A DNA stretch of 33,820 nt from NCBI RefSeq assembly GCF_001194135.2, contig NC_068986.1, forward strand, positions 14,403,043 to 14,436,862, read 5' to 3'. A program made the position numbers and the translations under genes. The notes under the pieces were generated by a model that was given only the letters and a program-made list of their open reading frames with translations, was not told the DNA's origin and searched no databases. Each line of letters begins with the position of its first letter. Position 1 is the stretch's first letter. This document shows positions 1 to 10,933 of this stretch, piece by piece. The DNA comes from Octopus bimaculoides (Eukaryota).

Positions 1-106
1 ATATATATATATATATAGGCAGACTGATAGATAGTCATACACACATACACACACACACATACATACACATGAACACCCGCACGCACATATATACAGTTAT
101 TTATAT

Positions 107-240
107 GGGGCTTCCCCATAGTGTGTGTCCAACAATTTCACTTCGAAAACACTGACTGGTTCGGAGTTGATTATGGTTTCGCTTTCTGAGGCTGAACCCA
201 AACCGCGTTGTCGTAAATCCATCCTTTTATACGCATCGCT
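107..240 (-). mobile_element. Highly diverged copy of tRNA-headed SINE family A
   Basis: Colinear but degenerate match to the minus-strand family A copy at 16150-16300 (GGGCTTC...GGCTGAACCCAAACC). Confidence 0.5.
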
Positions 241-422
241 ATGCTTCATCTAGTGAACAACATTACTAAGAACGCAAATGAATAACAATGGATAAAAATC
301 TCCGGACAGATTATGAGCAGAGTGACTTGGTGTAACTAAAAACATAAATATCGAGAGTAAGAAGGTGCACATTGCCCAACAAAACACCGAACTCCATATT
401 GCACAACATGTTAGAAAAATCA

Positions 423-591
423 GGAGTGGCTATGTGGTAAGAAGCTTGCTTCCCAACCATATGGCTCCGGGTTCAGTCCCATGCACCATCGCCAAGCGTC
501 TTCTAGTATAGCCTCGGTCCAACCAAAGCCTTCTGAGTGGATTTAGTAGACGGAAACTGAAAGAAGCCCGTCGTATATATAAATATATATA
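423..591 (+). mobile_element. tRNA-derived SINE, family A (5' part; runs into (AT)n and a gap)
   Basis: A-box-like TGGCTATGTGGT and B-box-like GGTTCAGTCCC, then body TCTTCTAGTATAGCCTCGG...GGAAACTGAAAGAAGCCCGTCG. The same sequence recurs at 4716, 11985, 16150, 18382 and 19266. Confidence 0.85.
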
Positions 592-1002
592 NNNNNNNNN
601 NNNNNNNNNNNNNNNNNNNNNNNNNNNNNNNNNNNNNNNNNNNNNNNNNNNNNNNNNNNNNNNNNNNNNNNNNNNNNNNNNNNNNNNNNNNNNNNNNNNN
701 NNNNNNNNNNNNNNNNNNNNNNNNNNNNNNNNNNNNNNNNNNNNNNNNNNNNNNNNNNNNNNNNNNNNNNNNNNNNNNNNNNNNNNNNNNNNNNNNNNNN
801 NNNNNNNNNNNNNNNNNNNNNNNNNNNNNNNNNNNNNNNNNNNNNNNNNNNNNNNNNNNNNNNNNNNNNNNNNNNNNNNNNNNNNNNNNNNNNNNNNNNN
901 NNNNNNNNNNNNNNNNNNNNNNNNNNNNNNNNNNNNNNNNNNNNNNNNNNNNNNNNNNNNNNNNNNNNNNNNNNNNNNNNNNNNNNNNNNNNNNNNNNNN
1001 NN
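592..1002. other. Assembly gap (N)
   Basis: Run of N flanked by (AT)n. Confidence 0.99.
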
Positions 1003-1044
<42 letters not shown>

Positions 1045-3000
1045 GTGTATTAATGTTGACGCTCATCAGAATATATGAAAGAGTGTCAGTAGTGGCCCGA
1101 TAGTCACTGCTTGCCATCATTTGTCAATGGATGTTAATTCTCAATAGGTAAGGGAAAAGTTTATGAAATAAGAAACAACAATTGAAGTGATGTTGTAGTT
1201 TCTTCATACTACAGGAAACGGCATGGTGCTTAGCAGCACCACTCTATCATATTATGTCCATTAATGCATTAGCACATGAATGGAAGTGCTTACCACAATT
1301 CGTGTGTAGTCTCGTATGGAAACGGCAAATAAATAATGGATAGGATTGAAAATGCTTGACAACGGATAAATTAAAACAAGCCGTTGAATTTATATTTCCC
1401 ATGGATATCAGCAAAGATTAAGCTACATAGATCAGTCAGTTATTGTCCTGTCGTGATGCGATTGTGAAGTAATGTACCCAAATTACCTACGTGTTTGGGA
1501 AAATGGCAAAATCAGCGTGTTTGAGATGCCGCAAGAAAGAAAAGCTATAAGTAGTGATTGTGATAAAATTTTTAAACAAATTATAACCAAAAGGGCGAAG
1601 GTTTTAAGCAATATCAAATTATGAAAAGAATGACACCTCTGGTGAAACGATAACAATTCGAATACTAAACGATATGTTAAAAGCAGTAATAATGCATTCG
1701 TGGCGTTAGTACTAATGTAGTCATGTCAACAAAGATCGGTTACAGGAAATTCAATGTGATATATGTCCTGTTGAGTTTGTGAGAACGCATTGGAGAAAAA
1801 AAACAACTAACAAAAGCAAAGCCAAACACTTGGAATTTTAGAGCGAAATGTATAATCCATCAATGTCAGAAGCATATTTAATTGTAGTGAAAACCCATCA
1901 ATAGCAGATTTAGATTAGTGTTATGGTCTGACCTAGTGCACAAAATATTCAGTAAGCGGCAAATGGAAGTGAGAAAATGCTAACAGCTGAACTTGTGATT
2001 GATAGTTTAGTCGGAGTGAAAGCAGTAAAGTGAAATAGAAGTGAGGAGGATTTCGGGTAGTGCAAAAAATTGTTTTGCTTTTTAATTTTTTTTAATTATC
2101 AAAACTGAATACTATCTCAGAATAAACTCTTATTTACTTATTGTTCATGTAATATGCTATTTTGCAGTGCAGATTCAGGTCTATTGCAACACGCTAATAG
2201 ATTTGGTTACATTGTTTGTTATTATGTATAATATTATATCAAATTAAAGTTGACAATGAGGGCAAATTTGAGCAATTGTCTCAAGAACATAGCAACGGAA
2301 ATTAATGAAGGTATGAACCAAGTATTTGGCTACGGTACACGAAACGCACGTTCACCTCAGCATTAGTGTTTTGCAGGGAAGGAACATCCCGAAAAGTAAA
2401 GATGTTTGAGATTCTTGACAGACAATGGGTTACAATTAGAGAAGGGAACAGAAAGAACCGAAAAGAAAGCGAGAGGCTTCAAAAGGTCTAAACATTTACC
2501 ATGCAGCTGTTGGTCGACTGACCTACTACACTGGAATTTAAAAAGAAAAAAGACGGTAACAAGTGTAACACGGTCTATAGCGTAAGATAGGAACCTATAT
2601 CTCTTTTAGAAACACTACATATTTTGAGCAACAATATCATCCATTGCTTGAAAGCATTGTGACATGCTATGATATATAGAAAAGGGTCCATCCTTTGTAG
2701 GCAGGTTTTGTGTTGGTCATATTGGTTCTTTATTGTGTCTATTTAAAAGCACAATAATTTACCATACAACGCAACCTTCATTTTTCACGTTGAAGGAACT
2801 GTTGCGTTGTTTTATCAGCTAACAAAAACTATCGTATTCTACTTCATGTTTTCCTCTTTTCCTCTCTCATAAATCTACATAATGTTTGTTGTAAATGTTT
2901 TCGAAAGGGACAAACCCCTGTATTGTTTCGGAAGCTGCATCTCGCTTATCATAAATAATTTAAACTAGGTGCATCGATAAAGGAATTTTGCCCTGTATAA

Positions 3001-3178
3001 TCAATCGCTTCCATTTTTCCATAACACAACGGGATTATCTAGAGATGATGAATTGTGTGCACAACACTGGTTTACTGATGTCCAGAATGCAGAGTTCATG
3101 AAACTTATCCCATATCGCAAGCCCGAATGAAATTCTAAGGTCAGTTCTAAAATGAGTTTATGCCCACGTTTTCTGCAT
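3001..3178 (-). CDS. Candidate terminal exon (phase-2 start; CRKRGHKLILELTLEFHSGLRYGISFMNSAFW...WKNGSD*)
   Basis: Acceptor ttttggtattcag| at 3179-3181; 59 codons to TGA; minus-strand AATAAA near 2730. No homology recognised. Confidence 0.2.
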
Positions 3179-3349
3179 CTGAATACCAAAAGTATCAACA
3201 CATGTCTTGTAAAACATTTTGTAGGAATAGTTCTACATGTTTTATACTGCCTGTTATTCCAGCTTCGCTCCGTATCAATCTCCATCTCTGGCCAAATCTC
3301 TACTTCTGCTGCTAATAAATAACCAATTCCCCAATTTCACACTTTCCTA

Positions 3350-3416
3350 GTCACGCGATTTGAATGTCACGCGATTTGAATGTCACGCGATTTGAATGTC
3401 ACGCGATTTGGATGTC
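3350..3416 (+). repeat. Tandem repeat, 4 x 16 bp GTCACGCGATTTGAAT
   Basis: Three perfect copies plus one with GGAT, then a partial GTC; no spacers. Confidence 0.97.
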
Positions 3417-3459
3417 TGTATCGTAAAATTCTTGTCATGTTGGTATCTAATATATCCAC

Positions 3460-3612
3460 ACATTATTTACATTGGAAGGATATTTGTCCTCATCTTGTTT
3501 GTTGTTAACACAACGCTTCGGGTGATACACTCTCCAGCCTTCATCAGATGTCTTAGGGAAATTTCGAGCTAGGGTTCTCATTACTAATGCAGTTTTCGAT
3601 GTTATTATTATC
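3460..3612 (-). mobile_element. 3' half of the hammerhead-bearing short retroelement (inverted copy, core mutated)
   Basis: Its reverse complement aligns without gaps to 4213-4357, with about 20 mismatches in about 145 nt by manual count. Confidence 0.9.
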
Positions 3613-3726
3613 ATTTAGTAGTTTTATTTTTATAAATTGCTTTCACTTCACTACCGAGCGCAGCTCTGTGTGCCTTGGGTATGTGCTGTGGTTTGCTGTG
3701 ATGCTTTTATGGTTACTGTATTGAGA

Positions 3727-4053
<327 letters not shown>

Positions 4054-4072
4054 AGGTCACTGCTTGGAATCT

Positions 4073-4132
4073 TGGCGTAGTGATTAGGAGCGCGAGTTAC
4101 TAAACCCAAGATTCCGAGATTCCAAGCAGTGA

Positions 4133-4184
<52 letters not shown>

Positions 4185-4390
4185 AATAATAACAACAACA
4201 ACGACAATGATAATAAGATCGAAAAATGCCTTAGGAATGAGAACCCAGGTTAGAAATTTCCCCAAGACACCTGATGAAGGCTGGAGGGTATATCAGCCGA
4301 AACGTTGTGTCAATAACATACAAGATGAGGACAAATATCCGCCAAATGTAAATAATGTACATAATTCTTCATCTCTTAAATATAGAACTG
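4073..4390 (+). mobile_element. tRNA-headed short retroelement: tRNA-like head (4073-4136), (AAT/AAC)n (4137-4214), linker, hammerhead motif, AT-rich tail
   Basis: A-box TGGCGTAGTG, degenerate anticodon arm and eroded B-box (GAGATTCC). The 3' half is repeated inverted at 3460-3612, and the tail recurs at 5784-5838. Confidence 0.75.
4266..4311 (+). ncRNA. Putative minimal type I hammerhead ribozyme
   Basis: GACAC-CTGATGA-A-GGCTG-(GAGGGTATAT)-CAGCC-GAAA-CG-T-T-GTGTC. Perfect 5-bp helix I and 5-bp helix II, intact core, palindromic ACGT helix III, GUU cleavage triplet at 4304-4306. Confidence 0.7.
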
Positions 4391-4529
4391 GATGAATGTA
4401 TTGCATCTTAAAATATAGACAGTGGCAAGCTAAGAAATTTCATGACCTATTTTATTCCCTTAATATTTTAATTTCTTAGAAAAGTAGATAGGTAGATATG
4501 TTAGGTCGCTGAAGTCTACAATTTTATTT

Positions 4530-4690
4530 CATCCTCTCTGTGTTTATTTTCACTTATTCCTTCCTGTTGAAGCGCGTAAGTTCAAAACGTAAAAGACCTT
4601 TTCATTTTGCCCGAGCTTCAGACAAATACACTTGCTTGTTCATACACCTGTCTTCGTCTTTTCTTTTTCTCTAAATCTCAACTAGATAAA
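4530..4690 (+). mobile_element. Short interspersed repeat with a degenerate hammerhead-like segment (4564-4597)
   Basis: CTGTTGA-A-GCGC-GTAA-GTTC-AAAA-CGT-A spacing mirrors the 4271-4306 motif. Single copy here; repeat status is from memory. Confidence 0.35.
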
Positions 4691-4715
4691 TAGATAGATA
4701 AATAAAGTAAACTTC

Positions 4716-4866
4716 CACAGATTTTCTCTTCCAAATTCACTCAGAGAACGTTGCTGGTCCCGGGGCCATAGTAGAAGACACTTGCCTAAGTTGGTACACA
4801 ATGATACTAAACTCTCAACCACGCAAGTACAAAGCGATGTTCTTAACCGCATAGATAGGCCTGTGC
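4716..4866 (-). mobile_element. SINE family A, diverged copy
   Basis: The reverse complement contains GGCAAGTGTCTTCTACTATGGCCCCGGG and TGAGTGAATTTGG, as in 423-591. Confidence 0.75.
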
Positions 4867-5228
4867 ATATATATCAAACCAGAAACAAATTCACCGTTAG
4901 TTTGTGCTGAAGTCTATTTATTTTAAAAATTTCCCTAAAGACATCTGCAGAATTGTGGATGTTGAGTTACTTTTGAAAACCCGCACGTTCATTTAGAATG
5001 TTTCCCAGGGCATTTTCTATTCGCTCATTATCGTTTTTCTTCTGCCTCTCTTTCTGTCAGTTTACATAGGAATGCATTTCTCCAATTTCGTTTTAGTTTT
5101 AACAATTTTATTGATTACTTGAAGAATGTTTGCCACGGCTTCTGTCGCTGCTGTTCATGTAGATTTTGCTGTTGTCTATATGTATTGCTATTACTGTTTT
5201 CTTGGTGTTTTAATAATTCCAAAGGTTA

Positions 5229-5443
5229 GGGCGTCGAGCTGGAATAATCCTTAGCATGCCGAGCAAAAATGCTTAGTGGCATCTCTCGCGTCTTTATGTT
5301 CTGAGTTCATAATCCGCCGAGGTCAACTTTGCCTTTCATCCCATTCATGGTCGATAAAATAGGAACCACATGACTGGAGTCAATGTAATCGACTCATCCT
5401 CTACCCCGAGACTACTGGCCTTATGCCAAAATTTGAAGTCAAT
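5229..5443 (+). mobile_element. tRNA-headed SINE family B, near full length
   Basis: GGCGTCGAGCTGG head, GAGTTCATAATCC B-box-like motif, central TTTGCCTTTCATCC...GTCGATAAAATA. Other copies at 5459, 14713, 21893, 25842, 30920 and 31955. Confidence 0.85.
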
Positions 5444-5458
5444 ATTTTCAAAAGTTAT

Positions 5459-5577
5459 GGTGGCGAGTTGCGAGACTCTTTAGCACGCCGGGAAAAATGC
5501 ATAGCGACATTTCATCCGTCTTTACTTTCTGATTTCAAATTCTACCATTGCCAGCTTTGTCGTTCATCCTTTCGAGG
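5459..5577 (+). mobile_element. SINE family B, 3'-truncated
   Basis: Colinear with 5229-5350; stops at CATCCTTTCGAGG. Confidence 0.8.
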
Positions 5578-5783
5578 ATCCAAAGAATATTCGAGGTAAC
5601 CTACAAAGACGGAGTCACAAATTCTGAAGACCTGAGAAGAGACAAATCTGCACAATCCACCGAAAATTGTTGAGGAAAGAAGAAATTGATTTGCAGGTCA
5701 GGTTTTCTGACAACCAGAAGAGAGTTATTCAATGGGGACCACTAGAATGCCAAACGCATAGAGGGCGACACAAGAAGACGTTA
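5578..5783 (+). pseudogene. RTE-like LINE ORF C-terminal fragment (frameshifted, with stops)
   Basis: Manual translation across frames gives QRIFEVTYKDGVTNSEDLRR / TNLHNPPKIVEERRN*FAGQV / KRVIQWGPLECQTHRGRHKKT. This matches the RRIL..SW.D.V.N.EVL.R...R.RFAGHV...RGRP.K.W pattern of RTE-type LINE 3' ends. Confidence 0.7.
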
Positions 5784-5838
5784 AATGCAAATAATGTAAA
5801 TAATGTACGTAATTCCTCATCTCTTAAATATAGCACTG
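5784..5838 (+). mobile_element. Isolated tail of the hammerhead-bearing element
   Basis: AATGTAAATAATGTACGTAATTCCTCATCTCTTAAATATAGCACTG versus 4345-4390. Confidence 0.8.
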
Positions 5839-6597
5839 TAATATTCCTCTATTTTTAGTCCGTTGTCCCTATCATATGTAATACACCATGTTTTTCTGGC
5901 ATCCATACATCGTTTATGATACACTTTCACATGTTTGCTAACCACTAGAATAAAGTGTTTACTATGAAAAGACAGTTTTATATTACTTGGAGCATATAAA
6001 AATATAACAAGACAAACTTGCTGAAACTTTTGTAAAGATAAAAGGTTAAGGTGAGGATGATTTAACTGCTATTTCTAACAGACTGAAGTATAATAGAAAG
6101 GATCATTGATGGATAGTATCCCGTTGTTAATTTTAAGGGTGGTTCTGGTATCAACGATGCATATACTGTTACTACTTTTGTTGTCGCAAAGCATACATCT
6201 CGGATTCATTGGCCATATGGTCATCCGGTCTTATTCATTCTCGAAACCACGGTTTTCTCAGTGAATTCTTTCGCTTCATCGTTTCTGTATTGGGTCTTTT
6301 CCTAAATAAAATATTGTCTATTCAACAAAAATTTACAAAATCGAGAAACAGAAATGAAAAGTGAAAATAAACAAAAATAGAATTAACAATGATTTCGACC
6401 TTTGTAAATGAAGATATACAAAGCGCTGACTCATCACACTCGCCATATTTTTGTTACATTTCCAAATATAACAATCAGCAAAATTGTACGATAATGAGAT
6501 TTCAAACGGGTAAAATCAACAGTAATTTTAATAAAACTTAGAGTACGACACGACAATGCTGCTCTCAGACTTAAAGCAAAGATGGCAATAATAAGAA

Positions 6598-6609
6598 ATG
6601 ATGATGAAA

Positions 6610-6677
<68 letters not shown>
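6598..6677 (+). repeat. (GAT)n microsatellite
   Basis: Directly visible. Confidence 0.98.
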
Positions 6678-6770
6678 AGTAAGACGAAGAAGAATTGTTT
6701 CTAACATCACGACATAACGTCTGAAAGCGTTCCTTCAATTCATTCCACAGAGGCGAGAATATAATAAATG

Positions 6771-6789
6771 ACACACACAGGCACACACA

Positions 6790-6835
<46 letters not shown>

Positions 6836-6990
6836 TACACACACATATTTTCACCTAAACAAATACACATTCAAACACTCACACAAACACATATATACAT
6901 TATTTATATATTATATACATACGTATGCATATGGATATATGTATTGTAGATTATATATATGTGTATATATGTATGTATGTTTGTGTGGGT
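6771..6990 (+). repeat. (CA)n followed by degenerate (AT)/(GT) tract
   Basis: Directly visible. Confidence 0.9.
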
Positions 6991-7368
6991 TCGTTGTATT
7001 TTGCTTTGGCATACTATATTTTGTTTCATATGCTCAGTCTAATGTGACATTATATCTCTTAAAATGTACAGTAACAACACACGTTGCAGTCAGTCGAAGT
7101 ACGATATTTTCGTCTAAGAATTCGTTTATTAAATTTGAAAAGTTTTGATTAGATCACCTCTGGAATCGTCACCAGATTGACCAGGTTGGATAATCTATTA
7201 TGTGCGTTAATTCTAGATATACCATCAGGATAACGAAATGAATAGAAAAGTTCTTGAGAAGTGAAAATTCCATACAGCAACTTTCCGTCACAAACGTATA
7301 CACATTACAAAATGAACGCGGAGAGGAAAACAACAATTATATATATATATATGCGTGTGAGTGTGTGC

Positions 7369-7411
<43 letters not shown>

Positions 7412-8182
7412 NNNNNNNNNNNNNNNNNNNNNNNNNNNNNNNNNNNNNNNNNNNNNNNNNNNNNNNNNNNNNNNNNNNNNNNNNNNNNNNNNNNNNNNNN
7501 NNNNNNNNNNNNNNNNNNNNNNNNNNNNNNNNNNNNNNNNNNNNNNNNNNNNNNNNNNNNNNNNNNNNNNNNNNNNNNNNNNNNNNNNNNNNNNNNNNNN
7601 NNNNNNNNNNNNNNNNNNNNNNNNNNNNNNNNNNNNNNNNNNNNNNNNNNNNNNNNNNNNNNNNNNNNNNNNNNNNNNNNNNNNNNNNNNNNNNNNNNNN
7701 NNNNNNNNNNNNNNNNNNNNNNNNNNNNNNNNNNNNNNNNNNNNNNNNNNNNNNNNNNNNNNNNNNNNNNNNNNNNNNNNNNNNNNNNNNNNNNNNNNNN
7801 NNNNNNNNNNNNNNNNNNNNNNNNNNNNNNNNNNNNNNNNNNNNNNNNNNNNNNNNNNNNNNNNNNNNNNNNNNNNNNNNNNNNNNNNNNNNNNNNNNNN
7901 NNNNNNNNNNNNNNNNNNNNNNNNNNNNNNNNNNNNNNNNNNNNNNNNNNNNNNNNNNNNNNNNNNNNNNNNNNNNNNNNNNNNNNNNNNNNNNNNNNNN
8001 NNNNNNNNNNNNNNNNNNNNNNNNNNNNNNNNNNNNNNNNNNNNNNNNNNNNNNNNNNNNNNNNNNNNNNNNNNNNNNNNNNNNNNNNNNNNNNNNNNNN
8101 NNNNNNNNNNNNNNNNNNNNNNNNNNNNNNNNNNNNNNNNNNNNNNNNNNNNNNNNNNNNNNNNNNNNNNNNNNNNNNNNNN
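7412..8182. other. Assembly gap (N)
   Basis: Run of N after (GT)n. Confidence 0.99.
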
Positions 8183-9792
8183 ATAGATATATATATATGT
8201 AAAATAATTAAGGGCTGGCAGCTGAGTTTATTAAAGCTAATTTAATACTTCAGTTTCATTCCACTCCTTAGATTGAACATAATTAAATAAATAAAGGTAC
8301 AAAGAAGCTTGTTACCTTTCAGGAAAAACCTATTGAAATAACAGCAACAAAAATAGTCATAATAAACAGCAATACGAAGGTGATGATGATGGCGATGACT
8401 ATGACGATGAAGATGATGATGATGATGAAGAAGATGATGATGATGATAGTAATTGTAAAGCGAAAGAAATATGACAGAACATAAGAAAGCGATGAGAGTG
8501 AAAGCGAGAAAGCGCAAACGATATCACTTGCATGGCAACGTCAACACTTAATAAGACAAACTTCGAAGCTATGTCTGAAGTTCTTAATTAAGTATCCTCT
8601 TTAAACTTGTCAGAAACCCCTTAAATTTTTACATCTACCTCCTACAACTTCCTACAACCGCCACCACTACTGCCACCTCTGACAGCCCCCTCCTAATACT
8701 AATGGAAATGTTAGACGCGCTCTTCTTTATAATCCTTCGTTATCTTTCCACTTCCCTGTCTTACTCATAGCAAACGGACGAATCTAATACAGCATTTTCC
8801 AATTTCTCTTTTTATTCTTACGATCCAAGCTAGGATTGAGCCAAGATTCTAAGCTAATTAAGAGTCCCTTCATGTTTATTCACGCAAGTCTGATAAACAT
8901 TGCCAGGATGGCAAATAACCTGTCCTTAATAAAAGGGACCCATCCAATGAAGACAAATATATATTGAATTCATATTAGAGAATATTGAAATTAATATATT
9001 CAATATATATATCTTACCTACTGTCTCAACACACGCACACAAACACACATGCACACACACGCACACACACGAACGCACACATATTCATATATTGAGATAT
9101 GGTTGAAATCTGAGCCATATCCTCTTGAAGCACACCTGCTTATTCCAATAGTCAAATTTCGTCCGTAGATGCCATATTTATTTGAGACACTTTTTGATTC
9201 TCTCACTGAAAAATACTTCTAAAATCTTACGCAACATGAGTGTGTGTAAGTGTTTGCGTGTGTGCATGTAAAATAAACAGGGATTTAGGCATCCTCAGTT
9301 AGCACTCATGCAGATACCGGCTAGAAGACGATATACATGGAAAGTTTCCCTTCCAGAAAAAATCCTTTCGTACAAATTAAACTTCCAGGTATAATTTGCT
9401 TCTTACAGAGGAAATTGAAGAATGGTATTATACATATTCTTTCAATACACTCGTTTTAACAATATATGGATCAAGTCCATCATGTATATAAAAATGGATA
9501 TAAATATAAATAATTGTATATATTATATATATTATATATATTGCAGCTTTTTTTTTCAATAAACTATATTCAACAAAAACAATAGCAACATTTAACAAAA
9601 AACATCTTTAAATGATTATTCCAGAGCATATTCATCATCTACTTCAATTTATTCTAGACGTTTTGTTTAAATTTTGAAAAGAAATTATTGAAAAAAGCCG
9701 CAATAATTATGCACCAACCTAATATTATGTGTTTATGTTCGTGTCATCAAACCAAGGATTGTTGAAAAGACTTATATTCTTGAGTTAACGAT

Positions 9793-10500
9793 ACATACAT
9801 ACATACATATACACACACATACATACATAAATACATACATGTATACATACATGTATACATACATACACATCCATACATACATACATACACACATACATAC
9901 ATATACATACTTACACACATACATAAATACATACATAATACATACATACATACATACATATATGCATGCATACATACATGCATACATGCAAGCATGCATA
10001 CATACATACATACATGCATACATACATACCTGTAATAGACTGCCTGGAGAAAGCTAATTCGAAGACTACAAATCTAGTCCATCACTGGAAGTATAAAAAT
10101 CTGTAAAATTTTCCAAATGTTTATCATTTAAATATATATGAGCAGGAGAATAAATATATAAAACAGAACACACATACATAATACATACATACATACATAC
10201 ATACATACGTACGTACAAGAATATCCTGTTGTTGATGTTGAAATTCCAATGAATGAGCCTTGAATCTCAGTTAGAAACCGGCTCCTTCTCAATTTGTAAG
10301 AAAACTTGAAATAAAACTGAATCGTGACATTCATACATACATACATACATACATACATACACACATACACACATACATACAAAAATAGCCTGTTGTTGAT
10401 GTTGAAATTGGATCTAGGTTAGAAACCGGTTCTTTCTCTATTGGCAAGAAATCTTGAAATAAAGGTGAATAGTGACATACATACGTATATAAACATACAA
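9793..10500 (+). repeat. (CATA)n tracts interleaved with a ~100-bp interspersed module (copies at 10221-10322 and 10384-10470)
   Basis: Module CTGTTGTTGATGTTGAAATT...GTTAGAAACCGG...GAAATAAA..TGAAT is repeated here twice and again at 25703-25812. Confidence 0.85.
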
Positions 10501-10803
10501 CATACATACGTAATAAATACGTACACGCATACATATATATGCGTACACAGACGCACATAATCGGATATACATTAATAAACATTCGAGAGAAAAGACAATT
10601 ATTATATTCTGGAACAGTGTCTCTCCTGGCACATTATATAAAGCTATAAATAATGCCATCTAATTACTGGGTTGAAAAACTCATTTTTTGAAAGAGAAAT
10701 GTCGGAATTTGCCGGCAGGATAGAAATTTTTCGAATTTCTCTATGCATTTTAGACATATTTTTATCCAGAGACTTTCCTCAACACGCTATTAATTATATC
10801 CTC

Positions 10804-10871
10804 TGTATGTATGTATGTATGTATGTATATGTATGTATATGTATGTATGTATGTATATATGTATACACACA

Positions 10872-10910
<39 letters not shown>

Positions 10911-10933
10911 AGAGAGAGAGAGAGAGAGAGAGA
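10804..10933 (+). repeat. (GTAT)n-(AT)n-(AG)n compound microsatellite
   Basis: Directly visible. Confidence 0.97.

Noticed and set aside
3350-3416. CRISPR-like array
   Set aside because: Units are contiguous with no spacers, the context is eukaryotic, and there are no cas genes.
4073-4136. Functional tRNA genes at SINE heads (also 423, 10941, 17347)
   Set aside because: No complete cloverleaf or acceptor stem, and each continues into a repeated SINE body.
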